Source: Lytechinus pictus (taxonomy: Eukaryota). From it: a stretch of 64,000 nucleotides of DNA. Shown here in pieces: positions 1-13,312 of this stretch. Both the position numbers and the translations under genes were made by a program. The notes below the pieces were generated by a model, which searched no databases, was not told the origin of the DNA, and was given only the letters and a program-made list of their open reading frames with translations. The stretch lies in contig NC_087252.1 in the NCBI RefSeq assembly GCF_037042905.1, positions 24,740,001 through 24,804,000 of the forward strand, written 5' to 3'. Within the stretch, counting starts at the first letter, position 1. Every line of letters starts with the position of its first letter.

Positions 1-36
1 AATAATTCTCTCAAGCTTAGTTCATTCCCGGCGGCG

Positions 37-461
37 GGGGGTACTTGAATTATAAGATGATACCTATGTGCTGCGCCAACTCTAAAATAGGGGCTTCCGC
101 AACTAAATCTTGGTCTTAAAATTAGGGTCTCCGAAGCAGCTCTTGGATCAACGATTGCTAAAAATGCAATGCTCTGGAACCGACCACATCAAGAACAGGG
201 TCTCTGGAACTCATAAGATCGTAGGCGTAATCGGTAGCGGCTATGTAATGATTCATATCGGCCGGCGCAAGCTAGCTGCAGGCGCGGGGAGCTTCGGCGG
301 GCCGACATAAGGGCTCCACGATGATCGAGCTCGCCGCTCTGACCGGCTGAGTAGATCATGACGGGCGCTATCTGGAGCGAGTTATTACAAATTTGAGAGC
401 CTCCAGAAGGGGGAAAAAGGCATGGCACATACGTATCATACACTTACACTGAGTACCCCCC
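37..461. mobile_element. Non-autonomous TIR element
   Basis: TIR ggggggtact...agtacccccc. Confidence 0.55.
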
Positions 462-568
462 TCCCCTGTTCATCACTAGCAAACAATATATCCTCTTACT
501 CTAGATCAAAATAGGTCTTGTCATTAGGGTTTTTCACAATGCAAATTTCTCTAGGACTATGAGATAGG

Positions 569-1740
569 AAACAAGTGGAATGCCTCTGGCGGTCTCACCT
601 GCATCACGCAATTCAATATAGCAGCAGTGCTGACTTTGAAAACTACTATAAAATAATTATTCACAAAAAACACCATTCATATAATGATACAATACTACGT
701 TCATTGACCTTTGACCTTGATCATGTGACCTAAAACTTGTCAGTGAAACTTGATTACCCCTATATCCACAGTTTATACTATAAACTTTGAAAGTTATGAC
801 AGCAATCTTATAATTACCTCTAAAATGGCAAAAGTTCAATGACCTTAAATGACCTTTGACTTTGGTCATGTGACCTGAAACTCGGACAAAATGTTCAAAG
901 ATACTTGATTACTCTTTATGTCCAAGTTTCATGAATCAGATCCATAAACTTTCAAAGTTATGATGGTAATTCAACAGATACCCCCCCCCCCCCACATGGG
1001 CAAAGTTCATTGACCTTTGATCTTGGTCATGTGACCTGAAATTTGCACAGGATGTTCAGTGATACTTGAATATGTCCATGCTTTATGAACTAGACCAATA
1101 AACTTTCAAAGTTATGATGGTAAATTCAACAAATACCCCCAACTTGGCCAAAGTTCATTTGACCTTAAATGACTTTTGATCTTAATCATGTGACCTGAAA
1201 CTTGCACAGAATGTTCAGTGATACTTGATTACTCTTATGTCCAAGTTTCATGAATCAGATCCATAAACTTTTAAAGTTATGATGGTATCAACAGATACCC
1301 CCAATTTGGCCAAAGTTCATTGACCCTAAATGACATTTGACCTTGGTCATGTGACGTGAAACTCAAGCAGGATGTTCAGTAATACTTGATTAACTTTATG
1401 TCCAAGTTTCAAGAACTAGGTCCATATATTTTCTAAGTTATGATGACATTTCAAAAACTTAACCTTAGGTTAAGATTTTGATGTTGATTCTCCCAACATG
1501 GTCTAAGTTCATTGACCCTAAATGACCTTTGACCTTGGTCATGTGACCTGAAACTCAGGCAGGATGTTCAGTAATACTTGATTAACCTTATGGCCAATTT
1601 TCATGAACTAGGTCCATAGACTTTCTAAGTTATGCTGTCATTTCAAAAACTTAAACTTTGGTTAAGATTTGGTGTTGATGCCTCCGCCGTCGGAAAAGCG
1701 GCGCCTATAGTCTCACTCTGCCATGCAGGCGAGACAAAAA
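569..1740. mobile_element. Helentron-like (HINE/DINE-type) non-autonomous element with internal tandem repeats of about 125 bp
   Basis: Subterminal IR gtctcacctgcat (592) / atgcaggcgagac (1723), terminal hairpin, A-rich insertion site and repeated tgacctttgaccttggtcatgtgacctgaaac units. Confidence 0.7.
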
Positions 1741-1834
1741 CACCATTATTAAAGTTCTCATCATTTTTATATGTACTTTGCCGGTATTTAATAATAACGA
1801 TAATATGCAACATTTATAAAGTGCTTAATAGTAA

Positions 1835-2140
1835 TACAAATGTTTCTAAGCACTGCATACCATTAGCTTGGCTTAGCACGGCTACCCTAATCGGGTGCAT
1901 TGAGCATTCAAGGAATTCCTTCCTACCGGCAGTGGCGGACTGTGACCCGGAGGAGACAAAGCATTGGAGGGGCACAGCATTGTTCACAAAGAATACAGTG
2001 CCCCTCCAACCATTTGTCTCCTTCGGGTCATGGTCCACCACTGCCTACCGGGTACCAGGACGCTAGTGCTGTGGTGGGATTTGAACCCCGGACCTTGTGG
2101 TTCAAAATCCGAGGACTTATCCACTGAGCCACATCACCTC
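1835..2140 (-). mobile_element. tRNA-derived SINE
   Basis: Minus-strand head with A box tggctcagtgg and B box ggttcaaatcc; tail shared with the other SINEs. Confidence 0.75.
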
Positions 2141-4168
2141 TACCTCTATTTCTGCTCGGATATTGGGATATTACAAATAATTAAACTTTCACATAGTAAA
2201 TATAGTATTTCCTGATCGTGGTAGAATTCAGTATTAATATACGCAACCAGCAAATACCAGGCATTATTCATGATCGTGCGAGTGTGAGAGCACCGAATGT
2301 CAGATACACTCTCCCCTTTCTTGGCCCCGTTCGACTTCTGTATTCCCAGATAGGAAATCACCACCCCAGTGTATGTAGAGCATGGTTATGAAAAAAAAAA
2401 ATTTCATGGCTGATGTATGGTAGACTTGACTACTCCGCCATGAATGGATAAAAAGGCTATTGAATTTAAAGGTACATTTCCACCCAGGCCCTGTTTATCC
2501 AAACAGGGCATCATATTTCATCAAATGATTCTTCCATTCTTGTTTGTTGTACCATATAGAAGCCTTTGAACAAGCTATTGAATGCCATTTCTATAGTCAT
2601 AGCGTTATTGTGGCGTGGCCTGTGGGTGATGATGAGAGCATGCATTGAAAGAGTGCATGTTTTTGCCATGAACCCATGAAAACAGGGAGTTCATGATAAA
2701 TATGTATGACCCAACCTACTTCAAACACAATAGGTTGATCATGAGATATACATTGCATTGTTCGAGGGCCGGGGGGAGAAGGGGGCGGTATTAAAGCAAG
2801 AAGTTCGACCAGGGGCCCATTTCATAACACTTGTTGTAATAACTAATTTGCAATAACAGTTTAAAGCTACTGCAGTCTTTCAATCTGATTGGCTAAATTT
2901 GTTTTAGAAATTGTGTGTTTGTTATTGTAACAATTCTCTATCAAACCGAATCCAGACTACCAAACAACATCATACCATCGAGCCAAATGATATTCTTTAT
3001 CTAAGCTATTAAAAGTAACCCCTTACAAAGTCAAATTAACCATTAAATATCAAGTCCATCCCCAACAACAAGTTGCAAATAAGACAGGAATAATCTAACA
3101 AGCAAAGCGCTAAAATTTCATCAAAGCCGGATGTAAAATTAGAAAGCAATGACATTAAAACATTTTGCTCACTAATATTTTTTTACAAAACAGTTGTATG
3201 TACAACACAAAGATGCAAATGCAAATGTGAAAATCGGTGATGCCACATACTCCATATTTCTTTTAAATCTATTGTTTGAAACTTTGAGTTTTCTTTGAAT
3301 GCTTTGACAAAAAGGATACTCTTCATTGACTCGCAAAAGGTCCAACTTTGGCAATTCTAAATAAAGGGAGGAATCAAACTTCGTTTTACATCATAGATGA
3401 AAAAAAAAAAATATTCATATGATAAAATAAAGAAGAAACAGTGAGTGGGTGACGTCTGTACTGGCCAGCATGAGTATACATGTATAATTGTTCTGTGAAA
3501 ATTAGCAAAACTTAAAATGACACAATTTTTTCATCTTACATCTGAATTTTATGATATTTTCATAACAGTTGTATAAGATTGCTTTATTTTTTTCTTAATT
3601 TCAACACTTTTTTTGTTGGAGTGGACTTCCACTTAATATGTTATATTAACCAACTAGGACAATAAATTTTATAGATATTGAATTTACTTTAACCTATTTA
3701 CAAATACCAAAATCTTGTGGTTTTTCAAACTGTTTTACTGACATCCATAAAGAAATTCATCTGATAGGAAGAACTCAGTCAAATAGAACAAATTTTCATC
3801 TTTCCACAATTTTGTTTTGAAATTTTGCTTACTCGTTTCTGCAAGCTTCTTCAGAGTATTGCCGACTCTCCGTAGATGGGGTAATATCGGCAGTGCGGCA
3901 GTCCGTGAGACGACAATAAATACACAAGATGGATCAGGGAGGCAATTCACATCCAGAAGAACCAGGCACATTCCATGAACCGAAAATCAGACGATACAAA
4001 CTTTCTACTATTAAAGTACATTCTCATTCTCACGGACTACCGCGCTACTACCCCATCTACGGCGCTGGTCTGAAGAAGCCTGTAGAAACGAGTAGGCGAA
4101 AAGCTAACGAGGTAAAAACAAGATTGATTGTGGAAAGATGAAAAAAAAATTCTGTTCGTTTTACTTAC

Positions 4169-4249
4169 AAATATAGCGATCATCGGGCATGCTAGATTGC
4201 ACATACATCCTCCTCCTGGCGGCTTGCCCGTCATCAAACACTGCATTGT
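4169..4249 (-). CDS. Internal 81-nt exon, possibly a downstream exon of the zinc-finger gene
   Basis: Strong sites gctttttgttttctccag| ... ttt|gtaagt; the phase-1 reading (D)NAVFDDGQAARRRMYVQSSMPDDRYI is compatible with the exon ending at 23582. Confidence 0.55.
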
Positions 4250-4362
4250 CTGGAGAAAACAAAAAGCAGACATATATACATTCATGAACAAAATCAAATA
4301 AAGCAGACTATTTGTTCAAGAAAAAAAAATAAAGGCATATGTCAACATGAATATCAAGAATT

Positions 4363-5250
4363 AACAAGTGGAGCGCCTCTGGCAGTCTCACCTGTATCAC
4401 GCGATTCATAGCAGCAGTGCTGACTTTGAAAACTACTATAAAATAATTATTCACAAAAAACACCAATCATATAATGATACAATACTATGTTCATTGACAA
4501 TAAATGACATTTAACCTCGATCATGCAACCTAAGACTTGTCAGTGATACTTGATTACCCCTGTATCCACATTTCATAAACTCAATAAACTTTGAAAGTTA
4601 TGACAGCAATCTAATAATTACCTCCAAAATGGCCAAACTTCAATGACCTTAAATGACCTTTGACTTTGGTCATGTGACCTGAAACTCGCATGAGATGTTC
4701 AGTGATACTTGATTATTCTCAAATGTCCAAGTTTTATAAACTAGATCCATACACTTTCAGAGTTATGATGGTTATTCAACAAATACCCCCAACATGGCCA
4801 AAGTCCATTGACCTTTGACCTTGGTCATGTGACCTGAAACTAGCACAGGATGTTCAGTGATACTTGATTACTCTTATGTCCAAGTTTCATTAACTAGACC
4901 AATACACTTGCAGAATTATGATGGTAATTCAACAAATACCCCCAACATGGCCAAAGTTCATTGACCTTAAATGACCTTCGACCTTGGTCATGTGACCTAA
5001 AACTCGCACGGATGTGCAGTGATACTTGATTGCTCTTTGTCCAAGTTCCATGAATCAAATCCATAAACATTCAAAGTTACGATGGTAATTCAACAGATAC
5101 CCCCAACATGGCCAAAGTTCATTGACCTTTGACCTTGGTCATGTGACCTGAAATTCGCACAGGATGTTCAGTGATACTTGATTACTCTTATGTCCAAGTT
5201 TTATGAACTAGACCAATAAACTTTCAAAGTAATGATGGTAATCTGAACAT
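4363..5250. mobile_element. Second, truncated copy of the Helentron-like tandem-repeat element
   Basis: Same 5' end (aacaagtgga..gcctctggc) and the same repeat units as 569-1740. Confidence 0.75.
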
Positions 5251-6074
5251 ACCTTATTTAAAACAAATTTTATTTACTTTATAATCGCTAGGTCATGATT
5301 TGGGAGGTTATAATGAAGAATGTAGGCAAAAAATAAAAAAAAATTAGGGTATGGATATAATAAAATAAAATGTCCAATGCTGATGCATGCTTTTGTCACA
5401 GCTTTTTTTTAAAACTTTACAGCTAGAACAAATTTTTACAGTTCGATGAAGAATTCCACTTTCAGATCAGATAACTTTCTTATACTTTTTCATGACCAAA
5501 TTACCATTTGGGCCAATAATAATAATAATAATAACAATTATAATAATAATAATAATAATGGTATATTTTGATAGTGTTCAAATTCAAATTCATTTATTTC
5601 ACATCTCTTAAAAACAGGGTACAATATATAGTGAATTAATCTAATAAGAGTAAACACAACAATGACAGTTGTACAATTTACACAAAATTAACAACTGAAG
5701 ACAAAACATAAAGTATATGAATGGGGGATGTGAGGGAGTAACAAAAAGCCACTGGCCTATCTAGGCTACTCCCTTTTTACATTCATTACTGATAATACAA
5801 ACAAAACAGGATCTTCCAATCAACTTTTGAGATTGAAAAACAAAGATCTCAAGATCAATCCAAATCAGTAGACTATAGTAGAAAAAAGAACATCAATTAA
5901 AAGCAAACAATGATGAATTTAGAAATAGGCCATCGGCTAGTAGAACAACGGATGCAAACTGGCATGACATTATGTATAACCAGCTCATCTGCATAAAACA
6001 CCTGTGCCCCGTGAATTCTACACCCGATGCCACTCGCTCCTCCAAATCTCATCATTGAAACAAGGCTGTGGATG

Positions 6075-6527
6075 CGCATACATTCGTAATTCGGAAGCTT
6101 CGTTACTCCGAAGGTTCGTAATTCCGATGGTTCGTTAATCCGAAAACGAAATAAGGTTCGTAATTCCGAAGGTTCGTCAGTCCGAAAACGAATTGAGGTT
6201 CATAATTCCGAAGGTTCGTTAGTCCGAAAAACAAATGATTAACGAACCTTATTTCGTTTTTGTGGAGTAACGAACCTTCGGAACAACGAACCTTATTTCG
6301 TTTTCGGATTAACGAACCTTATTTCGTTTTCGGATTAACGAACCTTCGGAACATCAAACCTTATTTCGTTTTCGGATTATCGAACCTTCAGAAAAACGAA
6401 CCTTCGGAATAACGCCACAAATGTTCGGATTATCTAACCCTTTTACGTTTTCGGATTAACGAACATCGAGGTATAGGCAATTTACGTGTTTCGGAATTAC
6501 GAACCTTCGGAATTACGAAGTGTAACC
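6075..6527. mobile_element. Foldback-like element built from ttccgaaggttcgt units (second copy 19570-19965)
   Basis: Direct units switch to inverted units; termini cgcatacattcgtaatt / aattacgaagtgtaacc; imperfect 8-bp TSD tgtggatg/tgtggaag. Confidence 0.75.
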
Positions 6528-6610
6528 TGTGGAAGGGGGGGGAGGGGTGAAGAAAGTTCTGTGCTTAGACAAGTACAACGGAGGGAACAGGGCTGAGTCA
6601 AAACAATTAA

Positions 6611-6885
6611 TTAATAATAATAATATAGGGTATTTATATTGCGCACATATCCACCTTGTTAGGTGCTCAAGGCGCTCCTATATTACCCGGCTAAGCTAGC
6701 CGTTCACAGCGCACACAGCTTCTTAAGGAATTACTTCCTACCGGTACCCATTTACCTCACCTGGGTTGAGTGCAGCACACTGTGGATCAGTTTCTTGCTG
6801 AAGGAAATTACGCCATGGCTGGGATTCGAACCCACGACCCTCTGTTTCAAAGTCCGAAGACTAATCCACTGGGCCACAACGCTCC
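6611..6885 (-). mobile_element. tRNA-derived SINE (family copies at 7951-8042, 22189-22445, 23150-23400, 37190-37410)
   Basis: A box tggcccagtgg, B box ggttcgaatcc, central gtgctgcactcaacccaggtgaggtaaatgggtacc domain and (TTA)n tail. Confidence 0.85.
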
Positions 6886-6924
6886 ATTGCCATTGCCATT
6901 GCCATTAGCTTTAATTGCCATTAA

Positions 6925-7907
6925 AGCTAAATTACAGTAGTTGCAGTAAAACACTAATTTTGTGAGAAAGTCTGTAAAACCAAGGTTAAAGGAGAATGAA
7001 ACTCTTGGAGCAAGTTAGCTTTTGTGAAAGCAGAAAAATCAAAGAATAAGATCAATAAAAGTTTGAGTAAAATAGGACTAGCAATAGAAGAGTTATGAGC
7101 ATTTGAATGTCGAGATCACTAATGCTATGGAGATCCTCCTATTGGCAACGCAACCAAGATCTATGATATCACAGATGAACAACTCTCCCCTTTTGGACAC
7201 TGAAAATATACCCCAAAACATCTCTTTTTGCTCATTCTAATCATATGACAAACGATTCATCAATGATATAATGTTGTGAAACCTCTGTACTTGTCCTCTC
7301 ATAAAGAGAACACCTCACCTTGTGATAGATTCTATAAAAGTGAGAATATAAGTGAAATAAGTACTAAAGCAATGAGGGAGTTGTACGTGTGTGACATCAC
7401 AGATCTTGGTCGCATAGCCAATGGGAGGATCTACATGGCATTAGTGATCTCAATATTCAAATGCTCATAACTTTCTTATTATTCATTCAATCTTCCTCAA
7501 ACTTTCAACAATATGTTTCTTTGATTTTTCTCTTTGATATGGATTCAGCTGGTTTCAAGGGTTTCATTCTCCTTTAAGTATGACTATATCATCGTAGATC
7601 TAGATCTGGTACAGTTACATAAACTGAACTTTGTGAAATCATAAAATCTAAGCTGAAATACGATCACACTGAAGATCGCCAACACAGATAGGCACACGTG
7701 GGACAGTGTATTATTATTGCTGGAATAAAGACCCGACGGAAGTGACCGAATCCGCGCTTATTTTGCTTATTTCTCAGCAATTACACAATTTCTTCCAGAA
7801 TCCTTTGGCACATATTTTTTATTCATACAAACAGACACGTGGGTGGTCATTATATTAGATTCTGTAAAAAGTCATTTTGAGATCGTTACCAGAACTGGAA
7901 TTTACCT
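6925..7907. mobile_element. Kolobok-like MITE family B, interrupted by family C (intact inverted copy 19060-19457)
   Basis: TTAA TSDs and AG..CT termini; the two halves match the uninterrupted copy. Confidence 0.8.
6990..7573. mobile_element. Kolobok-like MITE family C
   Basis: ttaa|aggagaatgaaac...gtttcattctcct|ttaa. Confidence 0.88.
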
Positions 7908-9236
7908 TTAACAACCATTTAAAACAGAATAAACAGAAAGACCATTTGCAGTTGCTGAAGGAAACTATGCCATGGCTTGGATTCGAACCCACGACCTTCT
8001 ATTTCAAAGTCCTGAGACTAATCCACTGGGTCACAACGCTCCATAAATTTCAACAGACAGGAGGGAGGATGGGGGGGGGGGTAGGTCGACATTAAATGGA
8101 TGATAAAAGGAGGGCATCGATTTAGAAGGTTAAACTAAAGCAGGTCGCGTTAATTAACAGACGGAAAATGAACAAAACAGCTATTGACATTCGACAGACA
8201 GCATTCAATTCCAGAACAATTCAAAAATGAAAATGAAAATATCGACACACACCAAAAAAAATCAGAATATAATTCAGTGGTATGTGGCTTTGCATTATGC
8301 TGCTGGTTATAAAGTGTGAACTAAGTAAACAACATTTATAGAGAAAATCAAATTGTTTTGTTGGCTTGTAGTATATCATTATCTATGACATTCCAGGACA
8401 TCGGTATGACTCCTGTCACAACAAAAGTTTATTGCAATGATAATCCCATGAATGAATCCTTCATTTTCGTCAGGGCCCCGTCTTACCAAGATTTGCGATT
8501 TATCCGATCAATCGTAACTATGGACGGCCAGCAACGTCAACATCTAAAATGCAAATTTGTTCAAAATATTTTCTAGATATGATGTATATACTGTAAACAC
8601 ATTAATCATTCTATTGAAGATTCAGTGTGATTCTCTTTGTTTAATTTCAGGAGATTGTGCAAACTTCCTGCAGAAAAAATCATTATGGTATGGATGGATT
8701 TCTATAAAGTTGGAATTGATTGGATCAATCGTAACTCTTTTTAAGACGGGGCTCAAGGTCAAATTTTATACAGATATGTATTTTGTAATACGATATTTTA
8801 ATAACAAAGCGCAATTTACAATTTTACCATCAGCCAATCAGATTGAATGATTTGAGTATTGATTTGAAAGATTCAGTGTGATTCTCTTTGTTTAATAAAG
8901 GAGATTGTGCAAATTTCCTTCAATTTTTTTTTACCTTAAATGACCTTTGACCTTGGTCATGTGACCTGACCTGAAACTCAGACTGAAATGGGGGCCCCAG
9001 CACAGCCAAATCCATCCCTCCATCAATCACAAGAACACACATTAATTAATGCAGGGCTCTCATTAATAATTCTTGTTCTTCCATTCATACTTACAAATTC
9101 CTACAAATCTGTCTTTTAACTTATTCTTTGAGGAATCCACACTCAACAAGCCCTGCTTTTTAGTGGATCCCCCTATTTCCTCAACATTTATTTAAATAGT
9201 AAAGATGAATAAAAGAAGTTTTATGCAAATGCTTTA

Positions 9237-9697
9237 GGGCAATTCCATAGGTTGGTGGACATGACCTCAATGTGTCTTTGTACATATAGCCCATCTGAAC
9301 CGTAACGTGAGTAACCACTTTATCTGCACCCCTTGTAAAAACCATGTGTTCTTTATTTTTTTAATTATATACAAATTTGTCTCCCTAATATACTTCTTTG
9401 ATATGGATATAATCAACTTTCATAAAAGCCTTGCATGAGGACACTTTTCACTTGACTTATGTCCACTTTTCATTTTATGCATGTCCAAATCATGTAACAT
9501 GAGTAACCGACACATTTCAAAGATTTGCCAGGAGCATAATGAACTTCCCAAGTTTTGTTTTTATACAAAGGATAGTCAGACTGCGTACTATGTTGTGATA
9601 AAGAGATGTTTAGTTCCTATCAATAATAATGGAGTTACAGCTCCAAGTATGAGTCAAGGTGACTCCAAATGTAACGTGAGTAACTGTGGAATAGCCC
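9237..9697. mobile_element. TIR element inserted in a LINE relic
   Basis: TIR gggcaattcca...tggaatagccc; the empty site (gctttatcatg) is present in the 29.6-kb copy. Confidence 0.75.
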
Positions 9698-9948
9698 TTT
9701 ATCATGAATATTCTACAGTTATTATTTATTATCATGATTATCTAGTTCATTGTAAATATCATTAATATGATTATCATATTGTTTGTGTCAATTGTAAATA
9801 TTCATTTATCTATGTCATATTGTCATACTGTATATATTTGTATATTCATTTATATAGATCTTTGTAATGTTTTCTATTTAAGTGAGTTGAGTTGAAATGA
9901 AAAAAAAAAGAAAAAGGGCAATGCCATTTTAAATAGAGTATAGTTTAA

Positions 9949-10542
9949 AGGTCAATTCCACCCCAGGAAAATGCTGATTTGAATAAATAGAGAAAAATCA
10001 AACTAGCATAGTGCTGAAAATTTCATCAAAATCGGATGTAAAATAAGAAAGTTATGACATTTTAAAGTTTCACTTATTTTTCACAAAACAGTGATATGCA
10101 CCACTAGGTGAGTCAGTCGATGATGTCCATGACTCACTATTTCTTTTGTTTTTTATTGTTTGAATTATACAACAGTTCATTTCTTACAGATTTGACAATA
10201 AGGACCAACTAGACTGAACCATATAGAAATTAGTATTAAACAATTCTTATTCCACGTGTTCAGGGAGGAATTAAACGTTGTATCACTTGACAATTAGGAG
10301 AAAATAAGAATATTTCATATAATAAAATACAAAAGAAATAGTGAGTGGATGACGTCATAGTCTCCTCATTTGCATACCAGCCAGGATGTGCATATATTAA
10401 CTGTTTTGTGAAATTCAGCGAAACTTTAAAATGTCATAACTTTCTTATTTTACATCCGATTTTGATGAAATTTTCAGTGTTATGCTTGTTGGATTTTTCT
10501 CTTCTCATTCAAATGAACTTTTTGTTGGGGTGGACTTGTCCT
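9949..10542. mobile_element. Kolobok-like MITE family A (other copies about 3050-3632, 10772-11330, 12159-12758, 53985-54110)
   Basis: ttaa|aggtcaa.tccacccc...ggggtggacttgtcct|ttaa, with long internal IRs (aaatttcatcaaaatcggatgtaaaataagaaagttatgac). Confidence 0.85.
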
Positions 10543-11432
10543 TTAAAGGAAAGGGAAGGTGGTGCTAATTTTTTTAGGGGTATTGAAGGCCATTAAAAAA
10601 CGGCATCAATAGTATGTACAGTATAATGTGCTTCTCAATGGGAAACATGATGTATTACCACAGGGTACCAAGGCCTCAGACAAAATTTAGTAATGTTTAC
10701 AAGTATCTCGAAGGGCATCAAAGCCATTCTGAGGGCATCTGAGGCCATGGCCTTGGGTGGACTTTGCTTAAAGGTCAAGTCCACCCAAGAAAATTGTTGA
10801 TTTGAATCGATAGAGAAAAATCAAACAAACATAACGCTGCAAATTTCATCGAAATCGGATGTAAAATAAGAAAGTTATGACATTTTTAAGTTTCACTTAT
10901 TTTTCACAAAATAGTTAAATGCACAACTCAGCGATATGCAAATGAGAGTCGATGATGTCCATCACTCACTATTTCTTTTGTTATTTATTGTTTGAATAAT
11001 ACAATATTTCAATTTTTACAAATTTGACAATAAGGACCAACTTAACAACCATAAACTGTTAAAATAATGGTAATTCCACATGTTCAGGGAGAAATAAAAC
11101 TTTGTTTCACTTGAAAAGAAGGAGAAAATTAGAATATTTCATATTTCATATAAAATACAAAAGAAATAGTGAGTGGTTGACGTCATCAGTCTGCCAATTT
11201 GCTTACCAACCAGGATGTGCATATAACTGTTTTGTGAAATCAAGCAAAACTTTAAAATGTCATAACTTTCTTATTTTACATCCGATTTTGATAAAATTTT
11301 CAGTGTTTTGCTTGTTGAATTTTTCTCCTTTTGGGGGCACTTCCATTGACGCGTGGATTCCGTGCGCGACCATGGGGTCTCGAAAAGTATCCTAAACAAG
11401 TATTTTCCAATTGCTCCAGGCTTTCTTTACTC

Positions 11433-12000
11433 CAGGGGGGGGGGCACTTCCATTGACGAGTGGAGATACCATGCGCGACCATGGGGTCTCGAAAAAGTAC
11501 CCTAAACAAGTATTTTCCATATTCTGAAAATGTACTCCTTATTAAACAAGTACTGGCGTGTGAAACAAAACGATACTCTTGGCAAGAATTCCCTGAATTG
11601 AACCCTTCAACATGTACACCGATATTTTAATTGTTATGTCACGGACGTCGGTCGTCGGTTTTACCTTTAATACCTACATCATTGGGTTTAGTGCGTATGG
11701 CCCCACCTCCCACACCTCGCGCAAACCGTACTCTAAACACGTAATGTTGACTGTTGGGGCAAAAAGTACATCCTTTTTAAAACATTTTAGTCAATAATTT
11801 TTTATACCCTTTCATATTGGACCCTAAACACGTAGATTTCCTAGCAAAAATAAATAACCTTTTTTTCATTATTTTAGTGTTTTTGACACCCTTATTAAGT
11901 TATGTATGAAACGTGCCCTCACTTGAGAAAGACATCCTTTTTACATATATTTTTTTGGTCGCGCATGGCATCCAATCGTCAATGTAAGTGCCCACCCGGG
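11433..12000. mobile_element. Family E element, inverted copy
   Basis: Reverse-complement match to 18504-19054; TSD ctttactc/ctttcctc; partial tandem head at 11333-11410. Confidence 0.8.
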
Positions 12001-13312
12001 CTTTCCTCTAAGATGTTGGGTTGTTGTTAGGGTTAAATTAGGGTTTTATCTTAGCACTGGTGTCGATATGTGACGTCATACTACTCAAGTGGGGGGGGGG
12101 GGGTGGGGATAAAACAATAGATCATCCCCCCTCCCTTGAACAAAATTGAGATTCATTGAGGACAAGTCCACTCCAGATAAAAGTTTATTTGAATAAAAAG
12201 AGAAAAATCCAGCAAGCATAACACTGAAAATTTCATCAAAATCGGATGTAAAAGAGGAAAGTTATGACATTTTGAATTTTGCTTAATTTCACAAAACAGT
12301 TATATATGCATAATCCGGTCGATATGCAAATGAGGGAACTGATGACATCACTCACTCACTATTTCTTTTGTATTTCATTATATGAAATATTCTAATTTTC
12401 TCCTCATTGACCAGTGAAACAAAGTTTTATTTCTCTCTGAACATGTGGAATTACCATTGTTTAACATTTTATGGTTCAGTCAAGTTGGTTCTTATTTTCA
12501 AATCCTTAAAAATTGAAATATTGTCTAATTCAAACAATAAAAAACAAAAGAAATAGTGAGTAAAGGACATCATCCATTCTCTCATTTGCATGTGACTTAA
12601 TAGTTGTGCATATAAATATTTTGTGAAAAATAAGCGAAACTTCAAAATGTAATAACTTTCTTATTTTACATCCGATTTTGATGAAATTTTCAGCATTATG
12701 CTTGTCTGATTTTTCTCTATTGATTCAAATCAAAAATTTTCTGAGGTGGCCTTGACCTTTAAACACATTTGTAGTGTACCATAGCCAATGTTACCTCAAT
12801 GGTGCAATGGGTGGTATTCTGAAAGCCACGGTCATTAGTTTAATCTGGTTACAACTTTACAGACCACGCTTTTATGGGGTGCCAGTTGTGAACTCTTTCA
12901 CCAATTGCCAAAATTATTTTTATACTGCCGCAAAAAGTTGTCAAAAAGATAATTGAGATGTGAAAATGAAATGGAAATAGGAAAATACAAAAATGTCACG
13001 AGTTTTAAAGAATTAAATGACCACCAGTACATTATAATTGCCACAAATATGGAATTATAAAGCGAACATTCCATAAGATTGTGGTTTAAAAATCAGAGTT
13101 TAGACTCGGGTTAAACCTCGGAAGGAAGCTTCAGATGATCCTTGTAGGTTTGCATGGTGGAGTTTATAGCGTGGAGAATGTTTATGGTTCACCATGTGTA
13201 ACATGAAGAAGGGAAAGGAAATACAGGCAGAAAATTGAAATGGAAAGACGAGAAAAGATGAAAAGAGGAAATTAGAGGTATTCTTTTGGAAGATTGTAAA
13301 TCAGACAGTTAA

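Noticed and set aside
7276..7470. Repeated 64-aa ORF (also 62930-63124) as a gene family
   Set aside because: It is an incidental ORF inside two copies of MITE family C, with a GTG start and no transposase motifs.
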